DNA of 64,000 bases from an uncultured Actinomycetes bacterium (GCA_963767005.1 CAVYCN010000004.1:320001-384000); one strand, 5' to 3'; shown: positions 30,662 to 40,170, counted from the first letter of the stretch. Numbers and translations: made by a program. Notes: generated from the sequence alone by a model not told the origin.

Positions 30662-31600
30662 TCAGGCGGCGCGCTCCCGAGTCTCGCCGGCCAGCCTGAG
30701 CTCGAGACCGGCGACCTCTTCGTAGAGGCGCACCGGCGACATCTCGCCGGCACCGTCGCCGAAGGCGGCCCGCGCCCGCCGGAACACCTGCTCGACCAGG
30801 GCGCTGAGCTCGACCGGCACGCCCTGGGCGCGCGCCAGGTCGACGGCGAGGCCGAGGTCCTTGCAGGCCAGGGCGACGGCGAAGCCGGGCTCGTAGTCGC
30901 CGTGACGCAGCAGCGGCAGCAGGTCGCGCTCGAGCAGCACGCTGTTCGCGGGGCTCGCGACGAGCGCGTCGTGGAGCACGGCCAGGTCGACGCCGGCGCG
31001 GGTCCCCACCGTCAGGACCTCGGTCACGGCGACGAGCGACGAGAACCAGAGCAGGTTGAGCAGGAGCTTCACGGTGTAGCCGGCCCCGTGGCCGCCGACG
31101 TGGCGGATGCCGGCGGGGTCACCGATCACCTCGAGGACCGGACGGACCCGCTCGAGGTCGTCCGCCTCGCCGCCCACGTAGATCGAGAGCGTGCCGGCAG
31201 CGGCACCCTTGCTCATGCCCGCGACGGGCGCGTCGAGCGTGCGGATGCCGCGCGCCGCGGCGCGGGAGCGCACCTGTTCGGCCACCGCCGGCGTCGACGT
31301 CGACAGGTCGACCCAGAGGGCACTGGCGGGCAGCGCCTCGAGCACGCGGCCCTCGCCGAGCAGGACGTCGGCGACCGCGGCGGGCGTGGGCAGGCTCGTG
31401 AGCAGCACCTCGGCGCCGCCGGCCGCGGCCGCGGCGGAGCGCGCACCACGCGCGCCGGCCGCGACGACCGGCGCCATCCGCCGCGCGTCGATGTCGAACA
31501 CGGTGAGGTCGAAGCCGGCCTGCGCGAGCCGCCGGCTCATGTGGCCGCCCATGCTGCCGAGGCCGACGAAGGCGAGGCGGCTGGTCGTGGCGCCGCTCAT
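30662..31600 (-). CDS. 3-hydroxyisobutyrate/6-phosphogluconate dehydrogenase-family NAD-dependent oxidoreductase
   Basis: FVGLG.MG..M, DAPV.G...A..GTL, G.G..VKL..N, KDL.LA. Confidence 0.9.
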   Translation of the reverse strand: MSGATTSRLAFVGLGSMGGHMSRRLAQAGFDLTVFDIDARRMAPVVAAGARGARSAAAAAGGAEVLLTSLPTPAAVADVLLGEGRVLEALPASALWVDLSTSTPAVAEQVRSRAAARGIRTLDAPVAGMSKGAAAGTLSIYVGGEADDLERVRPVLEVIGDPAGIRHVGGHGAGYTVKLLLNLLWFSSLVAVTEVLTVGTRAGVDLAVLHDALVASPANSVLLERDLLPLLRHGDYEPGFAVALACKDLGLAVDLARAQGVPVELSALVEQVFRRARAAFGDGAGEMSPVRLYEEVAGLELRLAGETRERAA

Positions 31601-32100
31601 GAGCGGCGGAAGAACGGGTTGACGGGTGTCTCGCCGGCGGCGAGGACGTCGTCGAGCGCCGGGAGCCCGGCGCTCGCGTTGCGCAGCGCGGCGAGCGTGG
31701 CCGCGCGGTTGTTGCGGTAGACGGCCTCCTCGTCGCTCGCAGCCGGGTTTACCCAGACGGCGGCGATCAGCAGCAGGTCGTCGGCGGCCGTGCGGGCGAT
31801 CGCGCCCTCGGCCACGGCGTCGGCGACGCCCCCGGCGACGCCGGCCTGCGCGGCGCCCCAGGTGAGGTCGCCGTGGCGCTCCGAGCCGATGGCCGCCTTG
31901 TTGACGAACAGGGTGAGCGGCTTGACGGCCAGGCCCGGCCGCACGACCGCCACGAACGGCACATGGCCGGCCCGGGGCGTGGCGAGCGCCGTCGCCCAGG
32001 CGGTCGCCACCGGCCCCTCGCGCGGCCCCAGCACCGTGTTCACGTGGGCGGCGTCGACGCCCTCGCCCACGAACGCCTCACCGATCAGCATCTCGTCCAT
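31597..32100 (-). CDS. fae: Formaldehyde-activating enzyme homolog
   Basis: IGE.FVGEG..AAH, GH.PF..V..P...VKP.TL.VNK, G.AQAGVA.GVAD.V; AAGGAG RBS before ATG 32100. Confidence 0.85.
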   Translation of the reverse strand: MDEMLIGEAFVGEGVDAAHVNTVLGPREGPVATAWATALATPRAGHVPFVAVVRPGLAVKPLTLFVNKAAIGSERHGDLTWGAAQAGVAGGVADAVAEGAIARTAADDLLLIAAVWVNPAASDEEAVYRNNRAATLAALRNASAGLPALDDVLAAGETPVNPFFRRS

Positions 32101-32262
32101 GCCTGCGCTCTCCTTCGCGACGACGGCGCGCCGGCACTGCGCCGGCGCAGTCCCACTCGTCGCCGCTCGGGGCCCGCACCAAACCGTGGAGGCCCGCTTG
32201 ACCCGACGATGAGGCCACCGGCCGATGTGGAGAGTTCGGAGCGCCACGATAGGCCTGTGCGG

Positions 32263-32305
32263 TAGAATATTCGTCGGTCGTCTTGACGGGCAGAACTTCT
32301 TGCTG
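32263..32305. promoter_or_regulatory. Divergent promoter region with possible Lrp-family boxes
   Basis: TAGAATATTCGTCGG (32263) and CAGAACTTCTTGCTG (32291) resemble the YAG-N9-CTR Lrp site; TTGACG at 32283. Confidence 0.35.
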
Positions 32306-32345
32306 GAACATTGAGGTCGGCCTGCATCTGAGTTGAGGAGGAGGC

Positions 32346-32810
32346 GTGGACCAGCTCGACCGCGAGATCCTCGTCGCGCTGCAGCACGAGGGGCGCAAGT
32401 CCAATCTGGCGCTCGCGCGCGAGCTCGACCTGTCGCCGTCGGCCATGCTGGGGCGCGTGCGCCGTCTCGAGCAGTCGGGCGCGATCCGCGGCTACCGCGC
32501 CGAGGTCGACCCCGCCGCCCTCGGCATCAGCGTGCAGGCGCTCACCGTGGTCAAGCTGCGCGAGCACAGCGAGCAGGCCATCCGCCAGTTCGAAGCCGCG
32601 GTCAAGGACGTCGTCGGGGTGCGCGCCTGCTACCACGTCACCGGGCAGTTCGACATGGTGATGGTGCTCGCCCTCCGCGACCTCGATCATCTCGCTCAGA
32701 TGATCCGGGTCGACCTGGCCCGCATCCCGGGCGTCATGCAGCTCGAGACCATGCTCATCATGGCGGAATCCGTGGCCGACCAGGGCTGGCCGGTCTTCAG
32801 CGAGGAATGA
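32346..32810 (+). CDS. Lrp/AsnC family transcriptional regulator
   Basis: D.LD..IL..LQ..GR.S...LA..L.LS......RV.RLE..G.I.GY; CYHVTG.FD. Confidence 0.93.
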   Translation: MDQLDREILVALQHEGRKSNLALARELDLSPSAMLGRVRRLEQSGAIRGYRAEVDPAALGISVQALTVVKLREHSEQAIRQFEAAVKDVVGVRACYHVTGQFDMVMVLALRDLDHLAQMIRVDLARIPGVMQLETMLIMAESVADQGWPVFSEE

Positions 32811-32856
32811 GACGAGCCGGCGCCTTCGGCGCCGGCTCGGCGCGAAGGAGGTACCG

Positions 32857-33708
32857 ATGCCGAAGAAGGGCGTCCTCGAGCTCACCGCGATGAAGCGTGC
32901 CGGCCAGAAGATCACCTGGCTGACCGCCTACGACTACCCCACAGCGTCGTTCGAGCAGGCCGCCGGCGTCGACATGATCCTGGTCGGCGACTCGCTCGGC
33001 ATGTGCGTGTACGGCTACCCGGGCACCGTGCCTGTCACCATGGACCAGTGCATCGTGCACTCAGAAGCCGTGCGCCGTGCCGCGCCCGACTGCTTCGTGG
33101 TCGGCGACATGCCGTTCATGAGCTATCAGGCGTCCGACGAAGACGCCGTGCGCAACGCCGGCCGCTTCTTGAAAGAGGCCGCCGTCGATGCCATCAAGCT
33201 CGAGGGCGGTGTGCGCATCGTCTCGCGCGTGCGGGCGATCCTCGACGCCGGCATCGTGGTCTGCGGCCACATCGGCCTGACGCCGCAGAGCTCTGGTCAG
33301 CTCGGCGGGCACAAGGCGCAGGGTCGCACGCTCGAGTCGGCCAAGCTCGTGGTCGACGACGCCCGCGCGCTCGCCGAGGCCGGCGTGCAGCTGCTGCTGC
33401 TCGAGGCCGTGCCGCCCGAGGTCGCGGCCTTCATCACCGCCGAGCTGACGATCCCGGTGCTCGGCATCGGCGCCGGTGAGGCGGTCGACGGCCAGCTCCT
33501 CATCGTGAGCGACGTGCTCGGCACCTTCCAGGCCTTCACGCCGAAGTTCGTGAAGAAGTACGCGGATCTCGCCGGCGTGGCGACGGCCGCCCTCACGGAG
33601 TACGTGACCGACGTGCGCGCCGGGCGCTTCCCCGAGGAGCAGCACTGCTACCGCATGCTCGAGGGCGAGCACGACCGCTTCCTGGAGTTCACGCGGCAGA
33701 AGGTCTGA
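32857..33708 (+). CDS. panB: 3-methyl-2-oxobutanoate hydroxymethyltransferase (PanB family)
   Basis: LTAYDYP, ILVGDSLGM, DMPFMSY, KLEGG, GHIGLTPQ, GIGAG, PKFVK.Y. Confidence 0.95.
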   Translation: MPKKGVLELTAMKRAGQKITWLTAYDYPTASFEQAAGVDMILVGDSLGMCVYGYPGTVPVTMDQCIVHSEAVRRAAPDCFVVGDMPFMSYQASDEDAVRNAGRFLKEAAVDAIKLEGGVRIVSRVRAILDAGIVVCGHIGLTPQSSGQLGGHKAQGRTLESAKLVVDDARALAEAGVQLLLLEAVPPEVAAFITAELTIPVLGIGAGEAVDGQLLIVSDVLGTFQAFTPKFVKKYADLAGVATAALTEYVTDVRAGRFPEEQHCYRMLEGEHDRFLEFTRQKV

Positions 33709-33711
33709 CGC

Positions 33712-34977
33712 TTGAACGCCGCCAACCTTCCCCCCAGCTCCCCCCGGCGCCGATTGGCGGGCGCCCGCGCAGCCGGCGCCCCGGGCGCCGCCCGCGTCGA
33801 CGACCTCGGCACCGAGACGGTGTTCGCGGTCGCGGCCGACTGTGCGGCGCTGGCCGCCACCGGTCGCACCGTCTATCCGTTCCACCTCGGCGACCTCAAC
33901 ATCCCGACCCCCGCCAACATCACCGAGGCGGCCTTCCGCGCGATCGCCGAGGGCAAGACCGGCTACTGCCCGAACGGCGGCATCGCGCCGCTGCGCGAGG
34001 CGATCGCCGCCGACGTCGGCGGCGCACGCGGCATCGCCTACGGCCCCGAGCACGTGAGCGTGCAGCCCGGCGGCAAGCCGGTGATTGGCAAGTTCCTGCT
34101 TACCCTCATGGACCCCGGCGACGAGGTGCTCTACCCGAACCCGGGCTTTCCCATCTACAGCTCGCTGATCGAGTTCTTCGGCGGCCGCGCGGTGCCCTAC
34201 ACCTACGTCGAGGGGCCGGAAGGCTTCGCCCTCGACCTCGAGCAGATCGAGCGCCTGATCACGCCGGCCACGCGGCTGCTCATCCTGAACGACCTGCACA
34301 ACCCCACCGGCGTGCAGTGCGCGCCGCGCGAGCTCGAACGCGTCGCCGACCTCGCCCGGCGCCACGACCTCTTCGTGCTCTCCGACGAGGCCTACTTCGA
34401 CGTACGGTACGCTGCTCCGAGCCGCTCAATCGCCAGCCTGCCCGGCATGCAGGAGCGCACGGTCATCCTCTACACGTTCTCCAAGAAGTACGCGATGACC
34501 GGCTGGCGGCTGGGCGCGGCGATCGGGCCGGCGTGGTTCATCGACGTCTGCACTACGCTCAACACGAACGTCGAGTCGTGCACCAACCATTTCGTGCAGG
34601 CGGCCGGCGTCGAGGCGCTCACCGGCGACCAGAGCGGCGCCCAGGCGATCCTCGCCGAGCTCGTGCGCAGGCGCGACGCGGCCTGCGACGCGCTCAACGC
34701 CTGCCCCGGCATCACCTGCCTGCGACCCGAGACCACGTTCTACCTGTATCCGAACGTGACCAGGGCGATGGCGCTCACCGGCCTGACCGATTACGAGGAC
34801 TTCCGGCGCGCCATCCTGGCCGAGACCGGGGTGTCGATGTGCACGCGCCTGCACTTCGGGCCCGAGCTGCCCGGCGAGACGCAGCGCTACCTGCGCTTCG
34901 CCTACTCGGGTCTCGAGGTGGAGCGCATCGAGGAGGGCCTCGCGGCGCTGCGCACGTTCCTCGAACAGCGCGCGTGA
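33712..34977 (+). CDS. Class I/II PLP-dependent aminotransferase
   Basis: GGKP, P.PGFPIY, NPTG, SDEAY, FSKKYAMTGWRLG; start codon uncertain. Confidence 0.92.
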   Translation: MNAANLPPSSPRRRLAGARAAGAPGAARVDDLGTETVFAVAADCAALAATGRTVYPFHLGDLNIPTPANITEAAFRAIAEGKTGYCPNGGIAPLREAIAADVGGARGIAYGPEHVSVQPGGKPVIGKFLLTLMDPGDEVLYPNPGFPIYSSLIEFFGGRAVPYTYVEGPEGFALDLEQIERLITPATRLLILNDLHNPTGVQCAPRELERVADLARRHDLFVLSDEAYFDVRYAAPSRSIASLPGMQERTVILYTFSKKYAMTGWRLGAAIGPAWFIDVCTTLNTNVESCTNHFVQAAGVEALTGDQSGAQAILAELVRRRDAACDALNACPGITCLRPETTFYLYPNVTRAMALTGLTDYEDFRRAILAETGVSMCTRLHFGPELPGETQRYLRFAYSGLEVERIEEGLAALRTFLEQRA

Positions 34978-35095
34978 CGCCGCGCTCCCCGACAAGACCA
35001 CGCGTGACGGCGCCCGAACGACGGGCGGTGCTACGCTGCCAGGTGACCGGAACGGTCGTCGACCAGTCCATGACCATGCGGAGGAGACAAGGACG

Positions 35096-36547
35096 ATGAA
35101 AGAGGTTCGTGACCCGGCGATCACCGGTCGACTGACCGTGCTGAGCCAACAGGGCAAGCAGGACATCTACGCCGCCGCCGTGCGCATCGTGAGCGAGATC
35201 GGCATGCGCGTGCCGCACCAGACCTCGCGCGACATGCTGCTCGCCGCGGGTGCGACCGTCGCAGACGGCGACCTCGTGCGTCTCACGCCCGCCATGGTCG
35301 AGCAGGCGCGCGCGACGGCGCCCGCGTCGTTCAGCGTCTACGACCGCAACGGCGAGCCGGCCATGGAAGTCGGCAGGTACCACAGCTACTTCGGCACGGG
35401 CTCCGACCTGATGGAGATCTACGACCTCGAGACCGGTGAGCCGCGCGAGAGCGGTCTAGCCGATGTGGCGCGCGCCGCGCACCTTTGCGACGGCCTGCCG
35501 AACATCGACTTCATCATGTCGTGCGCCTACCCGCACGACGTGCAGCCCGCCTCGCGCGCCTACCTCGAGAGCTTCCGCGCGATGATCACCAGCACCACCA
35601 AGCCGATGGTCATGACGGCCGAGGGCGCCGGCGACCTCGAGGTCATGTGGCGCATCGCCTGCGCGCTGCGCGGCGGCGAGGACGAGCTGCGCGCCAAGCC
35701 GTACTTCATCATGTACGGCGAGCCGGTCAGCCCGCTCAAGCACGCGGTCGAGGTGCTCGACAAGCTCCTCTTCTGCGCCGACAAGGGCATCCCGGCGATC
35801 TACTCGCCGGCGCCGAGCGCCGGGGCGACCGCACCGATCACGCAGGCCGGCCACATCGTGCTGGCCGTCGCCGAGTCCCTCTTCGGCCTCGTCATCCACC
35901 AGCTCCGCGTGCCGGGCGCGCCCTTCATCTTCGGCATGGGCCCGGTCAAGATCGACATGTCGACGCTCCAGGCCCTCTACAACTCGGCCGAGTACTACAC
36001 GACCATCCTCGGCATCTGCGAGATGGCCAAGTGGCTCGACCTGCCCAACTGGGGCTATGCCGGCTCGAGCGATTCGCACGTGGTCGACGCCCAGGCCGGC
36101 ATGGACGCGGCCGAGCTCACCATGCTGTCGATGCAGGCCGGCTCCAACCTGAACCACGACATCGGCTACCTCGCCTTTGGCCTGATCGGCGCCCTCGAGC
36201 TCGTGGTGATCACCGACGAGATCGTGTCGCTCAACCGTCGCACGTTCGAGGGCATCGAGGTGAGCCCCGAGACGCTCGGCTACGACGTCATCGCCAAGGT
36301 CGGCCCGGGCGGCAACTTCCTGCGCGAGAAGCACACCGCCAAGTACGTGCGCGGCCAGCAGTGGATGCCGACGATCCTGAACCGCAAGACGCGCGAGAAC
36401 TGGAAGGCCGACGGCGCCCCCGACCTGCGCGAGCGGGCCCGCCGGCGGGCGCTCGACATCCTCGCCGATCACAAGCCCGAGCCCATCCCCGCCGCCCTCA
36501 TGGAGAAGGTCGACGCGCTGACCGACTCCTACCAGCCGGTGGCGTGA
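35096..36547 (+). CDS. MttB-superfamily (non-pyrrolysine) corrinoid methyltransferase 1
   Basis: PVSPL, GATAP.T.AG, Q...PGAP.IFG, D...DAQAG; Ser at the position equivalent to Pyl; no in-frame TAG. Confidence 0.9.
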   Translation: MKEVRDPAITGRLTVLSQQGKQDIYAAAVRIVSEIGMRVPHQTSRDMLLAAGATVADGDLVRLTPAMVEQARATAPASFSVYDRNGEPAMEVGRYHSYFGTGSDLMEIYDLETGEPRESGLADVARAAHLCDGLPNIDFIMSCAYPHDVQPASRAYLESFRAMITSTTKPMVMTAEGAGDLEVMWRIACALRGGEDELRAKPYFIMYGEPVSPLKHAVEVLDKLLFCADKGIPAIYSPAPSAGATAPITQAGHIVLAVAESLFGLVIHQLRVPGAPFIFGMGPVKIDMSTLQALYNSAEYYTTILGICEMAKWLDLPNWGYAGSSDSHVVDAQAGMDAAELTMLSMQAGSNLNHDIGYLAFGLIGALELVVITDEIVSLNRRTFEGIEVSPETLGYDVIAKVGPGGNFLREKHTAKYVRGQQWMPTILNRKTRENWKADGAPDLRERARRRALDILADHKPEPIPAALMEKVDALTDSYQPVA

Positions 36548-36583
36548 CGGGGCGAGGCGACCGCGCGTCGCGCGGGTGACGCG

Positions 36584-37966
36584 GTGATCGACGAGGCGGG
36601 TCTCGAGGCGATCCACGCGGGTGCGCTGCGCCTGCTGTCCGACGTTGGGTGCGCGGTGCTCTCGTCCGAGGCGCTCGCGCTGTTCGCCGCCGCCGGTGCG
36701 GCGGTCGACGGTCGCCGCGTGCGTATCGGCGAGCGGCTCGTGGAGCGCGCGCTCGCGACGGCGCCGGCCGGCTACACCGTAGCCGGCCGGCGCCCCGAGC
36801 TCGACCGCGCTGTCGGCGCCGGCGCCGCGCCGGTGCTGTGCTCGGCTTCGGGCCCGGCCTTCGTGCTCGAGCGCGGTGAGCGGCGTCACGGCACGCTGGC
36901 CGACATGCGTGAGGCCGTGGCGCTGTTCCACCAGTCGGCCAACCTCGACGTCTACGGCATCGCCATCACGCCGCTCGACGTGCCCGAGGAGCGCCGGCCG
37001 CAGGTGGTCGGCCACGCGATCGCGACGGGCACCGACAGGCCGTCGCGCGTCGACGTCACGACCGAGCTCGAGCTGCAGGTCGCCATCGACGTCGCCGAGA
37101 TCGTCCACGGCGCCGACTGGCACTTGCGTCCGCGCCTGTGGATCGTGATCAACTCGACCTCACCGCTGCAGCTCTCGGCCGAGGCCTGCCGGGCCGTGCT
37201 GCGCCTCGCCCGCCTGGGCCAGCCCGTCTGCCTGACCGCCTGCGCGATGGCCGGCACCACGGCGCCGGTCACGCCGGCCGGCCTGCTCGCCGTGCAGCAC
37301 GCCGAGCTGCTCGCCGGCCTCGTGCTCACCCAGCTCGCGGCTCCGGGCGCTCCGTTCCTGTACGGCGGCACGTCGTCGGTGTCGTCCATGCACAGCGGCG
37401 CGCTGCTCATGGGCGCGCCCGAGTTCTGGCCGCTCGTCGAGGCCACGGTCGCGTTGGGCCACCGGCTCGGGCTGCCGGTGCGGGCCGGCGGCGCGCTCAC
37501 CGACTCCCACCTGCCCGACGCCCAGGCCGGCATCGAGTCGGCCCTCGCCCTCGACGCGGCCCTGCGCGCCGGCGTCGACTTCGTGCTGCACGCCGCGGGC
37601 ATCCTCTCGTCGTTCAACTCGTTCTCCAAGACGAAGCTCGTGACCGACGACGAGCTGATCGGGCTCCTGCGCCGCGCGCATCGCCCGATCGTGGTCGACG
37701 ACGAGACGCTGGCCCTCGACGTCGTGGCGGCGGCGGGGCCGGGCGGCACGCTGCTCGGCCAGTCCCACACGCGCCGCCACGCCCACGAGGCCGGGCCCGA
37801 CGGCCTCATGAACCGCGATCCTTACGAGACCTGGAGCGCTCAGGGTGGCTCCGACCTCGCCGCGCGCGCCGAGCGGCGCGTGGCCGAGCTGCTCGAATCG
37901 TACCGGCCGCCCGACGACCTCGACCCGGTCACCCGCCGCCAGCTCGACGAGTACTGCCTGGGGTAG
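36584..37966 (+). CDS. MttB-superfamily (non-pyrrolysine) corrinoid methyltransferase 2
   Basis: IN.TSPL, MAG.TAPVT.AG, PGAP.LYG, GAPE, RAGGALTDS..PDAQAG.ES, HAAG.L. Confidence 0.9.
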   Translation: MIDEAGLEAIHAGALRLLSDVGCAVLSSEALALFAAAGAAVDGRRVRIGERLVERALATAPAGYTVAGRRPELDRAVGAGAAPVLCSASGPAFVLERGERRHGTLADMREAVALFHQSANLDVYGIAITPLDVPEERRPQVVGHAIATGTDRPSRVDVTTELELQVAIDVAEIVHGADWHLRPRLWIVINSTSPLQLSAEACRAVLRLARLGQPVCLTACAMAGTTAPVTPAGLLAVQHAELLAGLVLTQLAAPGAPFLYGGTSSVSSMHSGALLMGAPEFWPLVEATVALGHRLGLPVRAGGALTDSHLPDAQAGIESALALDAALRAGVDFVLHAAGILSSFNSFSKTKLVTDDELIGLLRRAHRPIVVDDETLALDVVAAAGPGGTLLGQSHTRRHAHEAGPDGLMNRDPYETWSAQGGSDLAARAERRVAELLESYRPPDDLDPVTRRQLDEYCLG

Positions 37967-37982
37967 ACCGGCTCAGGCGAAG

Positions 37983-38022
37983 GGCGCGGGCGCCGGCGGC
38001 CAGGGTCGCCGGCGCCCGCGCC
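37983..38022 (+). other. Long intra-operon hairpin before the corrinoid gene
   Basis: GGCGCGGGCGCCGGCGGCC...GTCGCCGGCGCCCGCGCC. Confidence 0.55.
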
Positions 38023-38081
38023 GCGACAGACAGACGACTACGAACGCGACGAGAGATCGCTTTGACACGAAGGAGGACCTG

Positions 38082-38732
38082 GTGAGCGACGAACTCTACG
38101 CAAAGATGGCCCAGGCGGTGATCGACGGCGAAGACGACAGCGCCGCCGCCTTGGCCCAGCAGGGCCTCGACGCCGGCCTCAGTGCGGCCGACATCCTGGA
38201 CAAGGGCTTCGTCAAGGGCATCGAGACCGTCGGCGAGCTGTTCGGCAAGGGCGAGTTCTTCCTGCCCGAGCTGGTCCAGGGGGCCGAGGCCATGAAGGCC
38301 GCGGTGAAGGTCCTGCAGCCCGCCCTGGATGCCTCCAAGGAGGGCCGCAAGGCGACCGGCATCGCGGTCGCCGGCACGGTGGCCGGCGACATCCACGAGA
38401 TCGGCAAGACGATCGTCTGCTCCATGCTCAGCGCGGCCGGCTTTGAGGTCACCGACGTGGGCTGCGACGTGGCCCCCGAGACCTTCGTCGCCACCTGCCA
38501 GTCCGTCAAGCCCGACCTGCTGCTGCTCAGTGCCCTGCTGACCACCACCATGCCCAACCAGCAAAAGACGATCGAGGCCCTGAAGGCCGCCGGTCTGCGC
38601 GAGTCGATCAAGGTGATGATCGGCGGCGCCCCGACGACGCGCGCCTGGGCCGATGAGATCGGCGCCGACGGCTACGCCGAGGACGCCATCGAGGCCGTGA
38701 GTGCCGCCAAGGGCCTGCTCGGCGTGGCCTGA
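38082..38732 (+). CDS. Methyltransferase cognate corrinoid (B12-binding) protein
   Basis: GE.FLPEL...AEAM, GTV.GDIHEIGK, LSALLTTTM, IGGAP.....A..IGADGY; AAGGAGG RBS before GTG. Confidence 0.94.
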   Translation: MSDELYAKMAQAVIDGEDDSAAALAQQGLDAGLSAADILDKGFVKGIETVGELFGKGEFFLPELVQGAEAMKAAVKVLQPALDASKEGRKATGIAVAGTVAGDIHEIGKTIVCSMLSAAGFEVTDVGCDVAPETFVATCQSVKPDLLLLSALLTTTMPNQQKTIEALKAAGLRESIKVMIGGAPTTRAWADEIGADGYAEDAIEAVSAAKGLLGVA

Positions 38733-38901
38733 GCCGACAGCCGGCTCACCCGCTTTTCGTCGCCCACAGCGACGGACCCGGTGAGGGCGGGGGCGGGCGG
38801 CGCGCACGTGCGCGCCGCCCGCCCCCGCCGTCTTCGTGCCGCCGGCCCGGCGTGGCTCGGCGCGAGCATTGTCGGCGGCGGCGGCGTAGACTGCACTGGC
38901 C

Positions 38902-40170
38902 ATGGCCGAGCACGACGACATCAGAGCGCGCCTGCGCATCGAACCCGCCGACCTCGAGGCGGTCAACGCCTTCTTGAGCGACCCCGACAACCCCTTCGTC
39001 ACGAGCCTGCTCGAGGTCGTCGACCGGTACGGCGGCGTCGACGCGGTCAATCGCGCGGCCGACGAGGCCGGCCGCCTCGAGAACCGGCTCGCGCGCCTGC
39101 GCGAGGAGCACTCCACCTACCTTGCGGACGTCGAGTGGCTGGCCGAGCAGCGCGACGCGGGCCGCTTCGTCAAGCTGGCCGACTACCGCGACGCCGTGCT
39201 GGCCGACGCCCCGGGCGCCGCGGCGGGCGGCGACGCGAACGCCGTGACGCTCGAGATCAGCGCCCTGCAGTTCTTCCCCTGGCTGATCGCCGAGGCCCGC
39301 GAGGCGATCGAGCGCCGCGAGCTCATGCCGGGGCGCTTCATCCGCGAGCGCAACATGGCCGAGCAGTCGCGCCCCGGCGGCGACCTGCTCGCGGTGTGCG
39401 CGGCCATGCAGGTGATCGGTGCGACGCATGTCGAGAGCCTCGACACGCGCGGCATCGACGGCGCCAACCTGATGGTCGGAGTCGAGACGATCGCCGGGTA
39501 CTTCGGCGGCATCGGCGAGCCCAACGAGCACGTCCTGCGCTGGGTCGACGAGCACCTGCACTACCTCACCGAGTTCGGCGTGCGCGAGGTCCTCAACTTC
39601 AACATGGGCACCATCCTCGCGGCCTTCGTGCTGCGCAAGCTGGGCGTGCGCAACCACTTCAAGATCTCGGTCTTCATGGGCGTCGACAACCCCTGGTCGG
39701 TGCTCTGGCTGCTCATGGGCGCGCGCCTGCTGGGCGGCGGCGCCGGCGGCACGAGCCTGAGCGGCATCAACTTCTCGAACTCGGCCGACTCCGACACGCT
39801 GCGCGGTGCGTCGGCGGCGCGCGAGGCCCTGGGCCTGCGCGACGCCGTGCGCTTCGAGCACCACGTGACCGAGGCCTACAAGTCGATCGTGCGCCAGCCC
39901 TACGAGCGCCGCGCCGAGGTCGTCGAGATCGCCGCCGACGTGCCCAACATCTCGGCAGAGCACGAGGGCGGCGACCCCGCGGTCGAAGCCGGTCGCAAGC
40001 ACCGCAGCGACATCCTCGACTACTTCATCTCCGAGAACGTGATCGTCGCCGCCGGCGCCATGGAGGCGCTGCAGCGCAACTACTTGGATAAGCACGCCGC
40101 GCTCAACCACACCGCCGCCGACCTCATCCGGGCCGGCATCGGGGTCAAGCCGGCGAGCCTGTTGCACTAG
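38902..40170 (+). CDS. Uncharacterised 422-aa soluble enzyme-like protein
   Basis: Long ORF with strong GC3 bias; polar motifs ESLDTRG.DG.N, FKISVFMG.DN, RFEHH.TE, A.HEG; family not recognised. Confidence 0.8.
   Translation: MAEHDDIRARLRIEPADLEAVNAFLSDPDNPFVTSLLEVVDRYGGVDAVNRAADEAGRLENRLARLREEHSTYLADVEWLAEQRDAGRFVKLADYRDAVLADAPGAAAGGDANAVTLEISALQFFPWLIAEAREAIERRELMPGRFIRERNMAEQSRPGGDLLAVCAAMQVIGATHVESLDTRGIDGANLMVGVETIAGYFGGIGEPNEHVLRWVDEHLHYLTEFGVREVLNFNMGTILAAFVLRKLGVRNHFKISVFMGVDNPWSVLWLLMGARLLGGGAGGTSLSGINFSNSADSDTLRGASAAREALGLRDAVRFEHHVTEAYKSIVRQPYERRAEVVEIAADVPNISAEHEGGDPAVEAGRKHRSDILDYFISENVIVAAGAMEALQRNYLDKHAALNHTAADLIRAGIGVKPASLLH

Noticed and set aside
32814-32838. Hairpin before panB as a pan RNA motif
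   Set aside because: A plain perfect stem without the bulged-A tandem hairpins; more likely a stability or pause element.
35096-37966. Pyrrolysine recoding in the MttB genes
   Set aside because: No in-frame TAG at the Pyl position, no pyl genes, and the terminal TAG at 37964 is followed by non-coding-like sequence.
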